Source of the DNA: an uncultured Gammaproteobacteria bacterium
GTDB lineage: Bacteria; Patescibacteriota; Microgenomatia; UBA12405; JAHJSD01
Reading direction: 5' to 3'
Length of the DNA stretch: 33,221 nucleotides
Assembly (NCBI GenBank): GCA_964428655.1
Contig: CAYRYE010000002.1
Coordinates: forward strand, 68,251-101,471
Shown: one piece after another, positions 17,788 through 25,956 of the stretch
How the letters are laid out: every line of letters starts with the position of its first letter
Numbering within the stretch: position 1 is the stretch's first letter
Position numbers and translations under genes: made by a program
The notes under the pieces: generated by a model
Seen by the model: the letters and a program-made list of their open reading frames with translations, nothing else
What the model was told of the DNA's origin: nothing
The model's database searches: none

Positions 17788-18900
17788 CTAGCTGGAAAGA
17801 AGTTTGCGCCGGAGGAGAACAGCAATAATTTTTCGGTGAATTTTATTTGGCGGTAAAATATTGCCTTTGTTATCTAAACAATCAATCTTTACCCAATGCT
17901 TGAATTTTTCAGTAAGTTCAAGATACATATTTTCAGCTTTCTTTAAATGTCCTAAACTCGCCTCATGAAGATCTCGCTTACTAATATAGCCTCTTTTTTC
18001 TTTCTTATCCACCAATTTTTGTCCTACTCTAGCTGGAAGATGGAGAAAAATTACAATATCCTCCTTAGGCAACTTGTGAACCTTGTACTCCATATCCAAC
18101 AACCAGTTCAAAAATTCTTTTCTTTTACTCTTCTTAATCCTGCCTGTTTGATGGGCCATGTTTGAAGAAGTATAGCGATTGGCAACAACAATATTACCCG
18201 CCCGCAGCCAATCTTCCAATTCCTCCTTGGCTGTCAACCTGTCTAAAGCATAAGTGAGCGAGGCTAAATAGGGATTAACTTCGCTTAAACCACCAAACTC
18301 TCCTTTTAAATAGCGACCAACCATGCCGCCATGAAAAGACGAATAATAACGAGGAAAATCAATATATTTAACTCGGCAGTCTTTTTTCTTTAAATAATTC
18401 ACCAGTAATTTAGCTTGAGTTGCTTTGCCTGAACCATCGGTGCCATCGATAACAATCAGTTTACCCCGCAGTTTTCGCTGTTGACGAATGAATTTTAAAA
18501 AGTGGCGTAAAACCGAACGAATATTTTCTTTGTCAAAACATTCAACATACAAAAGCTCCTCACTTTTCCACTTTGCCATTTTTTCTTTAGCAATAGACTG
18601 CCAAAAAAGTCCTAAAACCGGTTTTTGGCTCGCCAAAGCTTTTGAAACCAAAAAACCTGTCTTAAAATCAGGATCGCTCAGGTCGGCAATGGCCAAATCA
18701 GTTTTTTTTAAAAGTTGAACTTCGTTCTGATAAAAGAGTTGGGGGAAAAGTGAAAGACGAAAAGTCTTTTTCTTTGGCGGGCGGCCAGGATAAGGATTAA
18801 GAAGTTTTGTTTTTAAATCTTCTAAAGCCCGAATAATCAACCGTCTTTTTTCTCTGCTTGCTTTATCTTTTTTTTCCGGACTTAAAACCAAAATCTTCAT
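17788..18900 (-). CDS. tmk: Thymidylate (dTMP) kinase fused to a ~140-aa N-terminal domain (possibly nucleoside 2-deoxyribosyltransferase-like)
   Basis: 370-aa ORF. From residue ~146, KLIVIDGTDGSGKATQAKLL (P-loop) and DRY-like ANRYTSS are Tmk motifs. The N-terminal domain call, based on MKILVLSP...DLSDPDFKTGFLVSKALASQKPVLGLF, is low confidence. Confidence 0.8.
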   Translation of the reverse strand: MKILVLSPEKKDKASREKRRLIIRALEDLKTKLLNPYPGRPPKKKTFRLSLFPQLFYQNEVQLLKKTDLAIADLSDPDFKTGFLVSKALASQKPVLGLFWQSIAKEKMAKWKSEELLYVECFDKENIRSVLRHFLKFIRQQRKLRGKLIVIDGTDGSGKATQAKLLVNYLKKKDCRVKYIDFPRYYSSFHGGMVGRYLKGEFGGLSEVNPYLASLTYALDRLTAKEELEDWLRAGNIVVANRYTSSNMAHQTGRIKKSKRKEFLNWLLDMEYKVHKLPKEDIVIFLHLPARVGQKLVDKKEKRGYISKRDLHEASLGHLKKAENMYLELTEKFKHWVKIDCLDNKGNILPPNKIHRKIIAVLLRRKLLSS

Positions 18901-18912
18901 TACCCTATTTTA

Positions 18913-19110
18913 TCATCTTCTTCCACGAGGAAACGAGTCAGCGCCCCTTTGAGGATCTCTTGTCGTTCTTAGTCTTCTTTTTCCTTTAAGACTCTCCAAA
19001 CATCTGCCATTTGGAAAATGAAGGCACCTTGCTCTCAAACAAATTAGAAATCCCTTTGGTTTTTTACAGCCCGGCACTGGTCTAGTGATGATATCTGGAT
19101 TTTTAGCCAT
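18913..19110 (-). CDS. Hypothetical small basic 4-Cys protein (65 aa)
   Basis: The ORF start overlaps the ThyA-like stop by 8 nt, a coupling-type arrangement, and it fills an otherwise 200-nt gap. It uses AGA-rich low-GC codons. No family is recognised, so it could be non-coding. Confidence 0.3.
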   Translation of the reverse strand: MAKNPDIITRPVPGCKKPKGFLICLRARCLHFPNGRCLESLKGKRRLRTTRDPQRGADSFPRGRR

Positions 19111-20542
19111 TTTTTAATTCTTTGTCTTGCTCAAATTTTAATCCTAGTTTAACGGCATCTTCGGCCCGACCTAACTGCTCGCCAATATCTAAAGCGTGGT
19201 CAATTCTGGAAATAACATTACCACTCAGGAGTTTTTGGACCATTTTCAAAGCTGCTTTTTTTACTTTTCCATCTTGGCGATACTCGGCTAATATTTTACC
19301 ATCTAGTGACAAATGCTGAACAATGATTTCTTTTTTTCTCACCTCAATTATCAAACTTCCCCGAGGATCAATCTGGCAAAACAACTGTTGATTTTTCTCA
19401 ATAATCTTCTGTGCTCCAGATAAATCTCCTTCATCAATATGGGCACAGTGAGAAATTATTGTTAAATCTCCAGGTTTTTTGCCAATCCTTTCAGCAATCT
19501 CTGTTTGTAGTTTTTTTAGGGCAAAAGCGTTTTGAGGCCAAGCGGTAAACATATCATTGGATCGAAAATAAGCAGTCAAATGAAACTTGTTATCTAGACA
19601 AAAACCTTGAACTAAAGTTAAGCAAGGTGTTCGCCAAGGCTGGCGAATGGGAAAATTATCAATCTGCGGCTGCCATAAAACAGCCATGGCTCCTTTATTG
19701 TAGGGGAATTTTTTTAATTTTTTAACCATCATTGCCACCTGATCAACTGCTTTCTTTTCTGTTTGATAACTGAATAGTCTTTCTCCATAACTATACGGTT
19801 CTTTACCTCGATCGACCGAGAAAAAATTTTTAAAATAGTCTCGTAATCGATCTTTAGTAAAACCAAGAAAAGGCCGCAATTTTGGTTTTTTAATATTTTC
19901 ACCAGTAATTACTGCCGCCAAATTTAAAAGGGTCCTTTCATAACCGCCATAAACAAGACCTCTGGGTACCCGGCGGCCAAATTTAATAATCAAATTTAGA
20001 ATTTGAAGCCAAGCTTCGCCAATGGTTTTTGCCTCAACGCGAAAGACAGAATTTTCAGAAGGAAAATCAATTCCCTTTGGTTTGATTTCTGGAAAAAGTT
20101 TTCCTTTTTTGGCAAAAGCTGGTTTGGAAACCAAAGAATTAATTAATTTTTTTAATTCAGCCATTGATCGATTGCGATAATCAATTATTTCAACATTTTT
20201 AGAAAAAATATCAATAAATTTATCCGGCACTGTTTCTAAGAAGCTTTTAATTTCGTCTGATTGGCCCCTTGCCTTTAACAAAGGGTCAGCACTGCCAACT
20301 TGGTCATTGCCGGTGATAATTAAGTAGCGAATCTTAGGATTAGCCCAAATGTTGCGAAAAATAAACTCAATTCCTCTTTTAGTATAAAGCTGGCCAATCA
20401 CAGCCACTTTTTCTTTTGACTTCTTATCTAAAGCCCAAATAATCTTTTCTTTCGGCGTCCATAAAGTGGCAATGCCAATAAAGCCGTTTTTAACGTTGCC
20501 TAACCAAAGTCTTTCTCGATAATAAAGAGGCCATCTAGCCAT
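19103..20542 (-). CDS. Thymidylate-synthase (ThyA)-fold enzyme with additional N-terminal (~140 aa, MtrA-like?) and C-terminal (~95 aa, DUF4346-like?) domains
   Basis: 479-aa ORF. The core, AVLWQP...RTPCLTLVQGF...LTAYFRSNDMFTAWPQNAFAL, parallels ThyA SAWNP / PCH / QRSxD / PFN motifs with the catalytic Cys retained. Flanking-domain assignments come from memory of motif shapes only. Confidence 0.7.
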   Translation of the reverse strand: MARWPLYYRERLWLGNVKNGFIGIATLWTPKEKIIWALDKKSKEKVAVIGQLYTKRGIEFIFRNIWANPKIRYLIITGNDQVGSADPLLKARGQSDEIKSFLETVPDKFIDIFSKNVEIIDYRNRSMAELKKLINSLVSKPAFAKKGKLFPEIKPKGIDFPSENSVFRVEAKTIGEAWLQILNLIIKFGRRVPRGLVYGGYERTLLNLAAVITGENIKKPKLRPFLGFTKDRLRDYFKNFFSVDRGKEPYSYGERLFSYQTEKKAVDQVAMMVKKLKKFPYNKGAMAVLWQPQIDNFPIRQPWRTPCLTLVQGFCLDNKFHLTAYFRSNDMFTAWPQNAFALKKLQTEIAERIGKKPGDLTIISHCAHIDEGDLSGAQKIIEKNQQLFCQIDPRGSLIIEVRKKEIIVQHLSLDGKILAEYRQDGKVKKAALKMVQKLLSGNVISRIDHALDIGEQLGRAEDAVKLGLKFEQDKELKNG

Positions 20543-20580
20543 TTAACTATTCAGCTATTTAGCCATCCAATTATTTATAA

Positions 20581-21069
20581 TCATTTTTGTCCGCTGGTGT
20601 CCCTCAATCTTTGTTCTGATCTATCGCCTTTTAGTTCAACCCTTTCACATTTAACCCCCATTTTTCCCAAAAGAGTGACGGCTGTCCGATCGCCATAACA
20701 ATCTAAATAATAAATTTCTTTGATCCCTGAAACTAAAATCAGCTTGGCGCAATTCATGCAAGGCATACAGGTAATATAGGCAGATGCGTTTTTAAGAGAA
20801 ATTCCTTTTTTTGCGGCTAAGGAAATAGCTTGGGCTTCAGCATGAACGCTGCGGCATTTTTCCAGATCTTTTCCCAATCCTAACTTAAGCTTGTCCCGTA
20901 AACAACCATGCTTTTGGCAAAAATCATTAGTTGGATAAACTTTATTGAAAGCTTCAACCAAAACTTCGCCATCTTTAGCAATCACTGCTCCTCTTTTCCC
21001 CCGAACACAACCTGATTCCAAAGCCAATTTCGCCGCTCGTTTAAGAAAATATCGCCTGTTTTTCTTCAT
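20581..21069 (-). CDS. comEB: dCMP deaminase (cytidine/deoxycytidylate deaminase zinc-binding family)
   Basis: 162-aa ORF with HAEAQAI (the H-A-E zinc and catalytic motif) and TCMPCMNCAKLI (PCxxC). Confidence 0.85.
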   Translation of the reverse strand: MKKNRRYFLKRAAKLALESGCVRGKRGAVIAKDGEVLVEAFNKVYPTNDFCQKHGCLRDKLKLGLGKDLEKCRSVHAEAQAISLAAKKGISLKNASAYITCMPCMNCAKLILVSGIKEIYYLDCYGDRTAVTLLGKMGVKCERVELKGDRSEQRLRDTSGQK

Positions 21070-23276
21070 CTCAATTTTCTCGCCATATCAATTGGCTTTA
21101 TTGTTAATTTTGTGTCCACCATTTTAATCACCTTTGAATCATAGGGAATCAAATGAAAATGCAAATGGTCAACTGTCTTGCCGGCTTTTATCCCCTGACC
21201 CTCTCGAAGCAAAAACCAAAAATTTTTAATCCCCAATTTTCTCCTTAAAATTTCTTCTCCTTTTTTATTCAAATAGAAAACCGCCTGCCACTCTGTTTTA
21301 GTTAATTCCTGAATTGATTTAATGTGACGCCAAGGAATAATTAATAAATGACCGTCAATATAAGGGTAAAGAGCCACAGTTAAAACTACCCCATCTTTTT
21401 CCTCAACCAAATACTTATTTTTAAGATCGCAAAAAACACATTTCCCTCTCTTAGCCACTTCTGCCAAAACTTTTTCATAAAAGCCTTTTTCCCGAGCCGC
21501 CAATTGTGCCTCCGGAGCAAAGGCGTCAAAATCAGCATTTAAAACTGGCGTTTCTTCGGCCGTTTTTAAAACATTAAAAAATCTGGTTTTAATTAGCTCA
21601 CCAGCCGCCTTGTCAATCATTTTTGAAGCGGAAAGGTAAGGGGCTTGTCTTTTGGATCTGACAATTTTGCCGCCGATTGATTTCATAAATCGAGCCTCAG
21701 GAGAATTAGCCAAACCATTATTCCAACCCTCGTCAACCGTAAAAAAAACATCGGGTTTAAGTTTTCGCAAACAACTCAAGATTGTTCTTTCATCAAAAAC
21801 AACTACCCAATCAACATTACCCAGTGCTGACAAGAGTAGAGCCCTCGCCGTTTCGTCAACCATCGGCCGCCCCCGTCCTTTTAAAGCCCTAACGCTTTTG
21901 TTGCTAGGAACACCAACTACCAAAATGTCAGCTAAACTTTTGGCTTTTTGAATAAACCGAGCATGGCCGAGATGAAACAAATCGGCGGTTAAGCTAGTAA
22001 AAACAATTGTTTTCTTTTTCGGATGTAATTTTTTTCCCAACCTGTCAAGATCTTTAAATTTAACCTCCTTGGGATTTTTTTTACCATCATTAACTTTCAA
22101 CATTGGTTGTCTTTTAACCCCACTAAAAAGAACGTTTTTAATTTTCAAGAGGGCTACTTTCTCTACCATCTTTGAAGAAGAAACTCTTGGCATTGAATAA
22201 AAGGCTTTAATTACCTTACCGTCAATTTTTTTTAGAAAGTCAACTTCTTTCGCCTTTCTAACTTTTTGCTGCCAATCTTTTTTTGATATGTAGAAAATAT
22301 TAGGTTTTAATTTCTTAAGGGGCTCCAAAACATCATCCTCATCAATAATAACAACAGCATCTACAAAATCAAAAAAGCATAAAGTTTCGGCTCGAGTTTT
22401 ATCACCCACTATTGGAAAAGAGTTTCCCTTAAGTCTTTTTCTTGAAGCGTCGGAGCCAACACCAACAACTAATAAATCACCCTGCTTTTTGGCTTTTTTT
22501 AGAAAATCCAAATGACCCCAATGCAAAAGCCCCCAAGCTCCAACCACAAAAACAATGCTTCTGGTTCTATTTTTACTCCGAAAATTAGACAGCTGGGGAA
22601 CCTTAAGAAGCTTGGACTCCACCCCCTTTTGGTAACTTTCTAACTTTTTCTTAGCCAGCAGTAAAAAAGCTTGTCTATTTCCCTCTTTGGTCCTCATCTT
22701 CAAAAACTTTGGCAAATAATAATCGATTCTACCATAGTCAATTCTTAGTCCCGTTTGCTGGTAACCCCTGAAAAACTCTTTTTGATTACCACCACTAATT
22801 AAAACCCAAGAAAGAGTGTTGGCTAAATCAACCGCAAGCCATTTCTTGCCTTGTTTTAACTCTTCAAAATCAATTAAAGCCAAAATTTTATTATTACTCC
22901 ACAAAACATTACCAGGCTTGATATCAAGATGGCAGATTCTTTTTTGATGAAGTCTGGCTGAAAATTGGCCAATAGCATACGACTCTTTTTCTCTCCATTG
23001 CCATTTAACTTTTCCTGGTAAAAATTTAAAAACAACCAGCCAAAAGTCATCAACTTCTTGAAAATCAAGTAGTTCCCTCCCTTCAAATTTCTCTTCAAAA
23101 TGACTAGCTTTCAGCAACTTCCTTTTGGAAATCGAGCTTTTAGGAACTAAGCAAACAACCTTTTTTTCTTTAGCCTTAATTAAAAAAGTCTTCTTTCGCC
23201 AACCACCAGCAAGAGGAGCAATTCTTACTTTTCCAAGACCAAGCTCTTTTCTGATAAGTTTTTCATTGCTGTTCAT
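21066..23276 (-). CDS. Four-domain fusion: APH/choline-kinase-like kinase, two cytidylyltransferase-like (HxGH) nucleotidyltransferase domains, and a HIT domain
   Basis: 736-aa ORF. ICHLDIKPGNVLW...LIDFEE (res ~115-139). VVGAWGLLHWGH (res ~244-255). TADLFHLGH (res ~430-438). VDHLHFHLIP (res ~702-711). Confidence 0.75.
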   Translation of the reverse strand: MNSNEKLIRKELGLGKVRIAPLAGGWRKKTFLIKAKEKKVVCLVPKSSISKRKLLKASHFEEKFEGRELLDFQEVDDFWLVVFKFLPGKVKWQWREKESYAIGQFSARLHQKRICHLDIKPGNVLWSNNKILALIDFEELKQGKKWLAVDLANTLSWVLISGGNQKEFFRGYQQTGLRIDYGRIDYYLPKFLKMRTKEGNRQAFLLLAKKKLESYQKGVESKLLKVPQLSNFRSKNRTRSIVFVVGAWGLLHWGHLDFLKKAKKQGDLLVVGVGSDASRKRLKGNSFPIVGDKTRAETLCFFDFVDAVVIIDEDDVLEPLKKLKPNIFYISKKDWQQKVRKAKEVDFLKKIDGKVIKAFYSMPRVSSSKMVEKVALLKIKNVLFSGVKRQPMLKVNDGKKNPKEVKFKDLDRLGKKLHPKKKTIVFTSLTADLFHLGHARFIQKAKSLADILVVGVPSNKSVRALKGRGRPMVDETARALLLSALGNVDWVVVFDERTILSCLRKLKPDVFFTVDEGWNNGLANSPEARFMKSIGGKIVRSKRQAPYLSASKMIDKAAGELIKTRFFNVLKTAEETPVLNADFDAFAPEAQLAAREKGFYEKVLAEVAKRGKCVFCDLKNKYLVEEKDGVVLTVALYPYIDGHLLIIPWRHIKSIQELTKTEWQAVFYLNKKGEEILRRKLGIKNFWFLLREGQGIKAGKTVDHLHFHLIPYDSKVIKMVDTKLTIKPIDMARKLR

Positions 23277-24474
23277 GGAATAAACTTAGCCAATTTTGAG
23301 AAACATCTTGCCAATTATCAATTCCAGCCCAATTACCCCATCGGCCAAACTGCCATTCAGTTCGCCAAGAATCCAAGGCTCGATTAAGTTTTTCTCTCAA
23401 CTTTTCTTGATTATACTGCCAAAAACCAAAACCATTTTGTCCATCCTTGATCTGATCCTGCAAGCCGTCAACTAAATGAACAATTGGAATTGCACCATAT
23501 TTTCTTGCCTCAGCTGCAGCAATGCCAAAAGGCTCGCTTGTTGAGGGTAAAACAAAAAAATCTGCTCCGGCAAAAACTTGATGAGGCAAGTCAAAATCAG
23601 CTTCCAACTTTGTTCCCACCTGGGTTGGAAAATCAGACTTTAATTTATTGATTAATTGAAGCAATTTCCTTCTTCCGGTACCAACAAAAACAAACTGAAC
23701 ACTATTTTTAGCTAAAAATTTGGGCAAAACGTCAAGCAATAATCTCACTCCTTTTTGGGGCACTACACGAGAAACAAAAGAAAAAACAGGAATATTTTCG
23801 ACTGGTAAATTAAATTTTTCTTGAAGAATTTGCCTGTTTTTATTTTTAAACTCTAACCAAGAATCTTTAAACTTAAAACCAATTAATCTATCTTTTTCAG
23901 GATTCCAATTCTCACCATCAATACCATTTTTAACACCAACAATAGACTCAACATCTTGAAATAGCCTGTTCCTTACAAGCCTTCGGGCAAAACTGGGAGA
24001 GACAGTAGTTACTAAATCTGTCATGGCAACTCCTTGATTAACTAAAGCTGCAAAGTCAAAAAAAGAATCACCCCAATCAATTGGTTCAGCGTCATCCTCA
24101 CAATAACCATAACCATATTCATAACCATAGTTATCACCCACCGGACTGTGAACTGTCCAAATGATTTTAGATGTCTTAGCTTTAAGGAACTCTGCCGCCG
24201 CCCAAACTCCACCCCAGTCATGAATCCAAAGCCAGTCTGGCTGCCATTTATCCCTCTGACATTGCCAAACCGCTTCCAAACCCAACTTTCGATAATCATC
24301 TTTTGTTTCTTTTTTCCAAAGAGGATTATAAATATTCTCACCCGGAGAAACAATTTTTACTTCAACATCCATTTCCATCAAACCCTTTACCACTCCAGCC
24401 ACCATTTTTCCCAATCCACCCACTTTTACTTCAGGATAAACCTCTGGAGAAATAAATAATATTTTCTTGGCCAT
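23263..24474 (-). CDS. glgA: GT5-type glycogen/starch synthase-like glycosyltransferase
   Basis: 403-aa ORF. The N-terminal KILFISPEVYPEVKVGGLGKMV is the K-x-GGL motif. The C-terminal region reads LPSTSEPFGIAAAEARKYGAIPIV. It is shorter than classical GlgA. Confidence 0.65.
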   Translation of the reverse strand: MAKKILFISPEVYPEVKVGGLGKMVAGVVKGLMEMDVEVKIVSPGENIYNPLWKKETKDDYRKLGLEAVWQCQRDKWQPDWLWIHDWGGVWAAAEFLKAKTSKIIWTVHSPVGDNYGYEYGYGYCEDDAEPIDWGDSFFDFAALVNQGVAMTDLVTTVSPSFARRLVRNRLFQDVESIVGVKNGIDGENWNPEKDRLIGFKFKDSWLEFKNKNRQILQEKFNLPVENIPVFSFVSRVVPQKGVRLLLDVLPKFLAKNSVQFVFVGTGRRKLLQLINKLKSDFPTQVGTKLEADFDLPHQVFAGADFFVLPSTSEPFGIAAAEARKYGAIPIVHLVDGLQDQIKDGQNGFGFWQYNQEKLREKLNRALDSWRTEWQFGRWGNWAGIDNWQDVSQNWLSLFHEQQ

Positions 24475-24482
24475 TGTTAATG

Positions 24483-24511
24483 ATATTAATCTTGTAGACT
24501 CAGTTTTTCAA
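24483..24511 (-). promoter_or_regulatory. Sigma70-like promoter TTGAAA-N17-TAATAT, 8 nt upstream of ATG 24474 (head of the long minus-strand array)
   Basis: Minus strand reads TTGAAA (24511-24506), 17 nt, TAATAT (24488-24483), CATTAACA, ATG. Confidence 0.5.
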
Positions 24512-24525
24512 CCCCATCATCCGCC

Positions 24526-25248
24526 TTATTTTGGCCTGGCAAGAATTAAAAGCCTTTTAAATATTGTTCCCGGCGGCCAACAAGTTTGAAGAATTAAAGT
24601 TTCTCCTCCTGACGCGTCGGGATCAACTAAATAAGAAATCTCACCGGCAGCAACTATTTTTTGCTCAGTGACTACATAAGGATAAAGCTTTTTGTTGTAA
24701 ACCAACCAAACTTCATCCCCGGCGACTAAATTTCTAAGCAGGAAAAAAACGGCATTGTAGCGAATAATGTTCCATTGGGCATTAGTTGAATGGGCAAAAA
24801 GATAAATTGTTTTGCCTGAACCGGGAAGACCACTTCCAGCCGCATGAGCTACTCCCTCTTTAAGAGCCTCTTGATAAATTTCTACTCTGCCTGGATCAAC
24901 ATTGGCAACCACTTTTGATTCAGCATTGATCTTTGGAATCAAAATAGAAAAAGACTGATCCGGCACTGGAGGCAAAGTGGGCGTTGGCTGGGCCGGCGCT
25001 GGAGTCACCTTTCTGACTCTCTTTGTTAACTCGCTTTCATAAAACCACTGCCGCAACTGATAAGAAACCAGTTCTTTTCCTAGAGGAAAATATAAATAAG
25101 CGACATAGGCAACCGCCAAGAGAAAAGCGGTGGTGCCAATACCAAAAACAAAAGCTCTTTTTTTAGAAGGATTGTAAAAGAGAACCTCCTTCTTCTTTTT
25201 TCCCAGTTTAATAGTTTTCTTTAATCGAGGGCTAAAAAAATCTTCCAT
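24526..25248 (-). CDS. Sortase-family transpeptidase with an N-terminal membrane anchor
   Basis: YLFAHS provides the catalytic His context and LILQTCWPPG is a TLxTC-type Cys motif. The ORF track starts at a TTG (25266). I prefer ATG 25248 because a TATAAT (25260-25255) sits 6 nt upstream of it. Confidence 0.8.
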   Translation of the reverse strand: MEDFFSPRLKKTIKLGKKKKEVLFYNPSKKRAFVFGIGTTAFLLAVAYVAYLYFPLGKELVSYQLRQWFYESELTKRVRKVTPAPAQPTPTLPPVPDQSFSILIPKINAESKVVANVDPGRVEIYQEALKEGVAHAAGSGLPGSGKTIYLFAHSTNAQWNIIRYNAVFFLLRNLVAGDEVWLVYNKKLYPYVVTEQKIVAAGEISYLVDPDASGGETLILQTCWPPGTIFKRLLILARPK

Positions 25249-25254
25249 AAAATT

Positions 25255-25260
25255 ATTATA
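25255..25260 (-). promoter_or_regulatory. -10 hexamer TATAAT, 6 nt upstream of sortase ATG 25248
   Basis: Minus strand reads TATAAT-AATTTT-ATG. The -35 is weak. Confidence 0.4.
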
Positions 25261-25295
25261 CCTCAAGGCACTTGATTACAAATTCCTAATAATTC

Positions 25296-25324
25296 TTGAC
25301 AAGACCCATAACATAAGATATAAT
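25296..25324 (+). promoter_or_regulatory. Perfect-consensus sigma70 promoter TTGACA-N17-TATAAT, 8 nt upstream of ATG 25333 (leaderless-type)
   Basis: TTGACA at 25296-25301, a 17-nt spacer, TATAAT at 25319-25324, then ACCCGAAT, then ATG. Confidence 0.65.
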
Positions 25325-25332
25325 ACCCGAAT

Positions 25333-25956
25333 ATGAAAAAAGTCATTCTGAGTTTAGCCTTGATTTTGTTTCTCAGCTTAATTCGCCAACCGGCGAACGC
25401 TTATATGTATGGCGAAGAACAGCCAACTAGTCAACTTATAGTTGACAAAAGGATTAAAACTACTGCCGTGGCTGAATGGCAGGATAATTTACCCGCTTCT
25501 CAAATTGTTTTAAAAGAAGGCAATATTGTTGAATTTGAAATTAAAATTAAAAATACAGGTGACACGGAATTAAAAAACATTGATGTCACTGATTATCTGC
25601 CTTCCTATCTAAAGTTCATCTTTGGCCCATCTACCCCAAACGAAAGTGAAAAAGAAATCAATTGGAAAATCGAAAAACTTGAGGCCGGCAAAGAAGAATC
25701 CTTCAAAATCAGAGCTCAAATTGAAAATGCCGATCAAATCAATAGTGACGGTGCTTTCTGCCTCATTAACAAAGCCAAAGCTGTGGCTGAATCTGGAGAA
25801 TCTGATGAAGATACGGCCTCTTTTTGTTTAGTCAGCGCTGAAAAACTTCCTGAAGCAGGATTTGATAATCTAATTACAGGCACTTTAATTGCCGGGTTAA
25901 TTGGCACTCTTGGTGTTAGTTTAAGAAAATTTGGTAGGGGCGAAATTCTTGCCTAA
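25333..25956 (+). CDS. Sortase-substrate surface protein: signal peptide, DUF11/CARDB-like repeat domain, LPEAG sorting signal, TM and basic tail
   Basis: 207-aa ORF. LKEGNIVEFEIKIKNTGDTELKNIDVTDYLPSYLKF is the DUF11-type pattern. LPEAG is encoded at 25846-25860 and is followed by a hydrophobic stretch and RKFGRG. Confidence 0.8.
   Translation: MKKVILSLALILFLSLIRQPANAYMYGEEQPTSQLIVDKRIKTTAVAEWQDNLPASQIVLKEGNIVEFEIKIKNTGDTELKNIDVTDYLPSYLKFIFGPSTPNESEKEINWKIEKLEAGKEESFKIRAQIENADQINSDGAFCLINKAKAVAESGESDEDTASFCLVSAEKLPEAGFDNLITGTLIAGLIGTLGVSLRKFGRGEILA

Noticed and set aside
1143-24459. Short ORFs nested inside or antisense to long genes, including 1143-1346, 1182-1364, 2584-2874, 2807-3073, 4085-4351, 5311-5529, 7232-7432, 14438-14800, 16338-16547, 17113-17349, 18488-18718, 19122-19319, 21652-21951, 22874-23098, 24042-24353 and 24148-24459.
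   Set aside because: Each lies within a longer ORF that has clear family motifs. Their translations are low-complexity or hydrophobic mirror images with no motifs or start signals.
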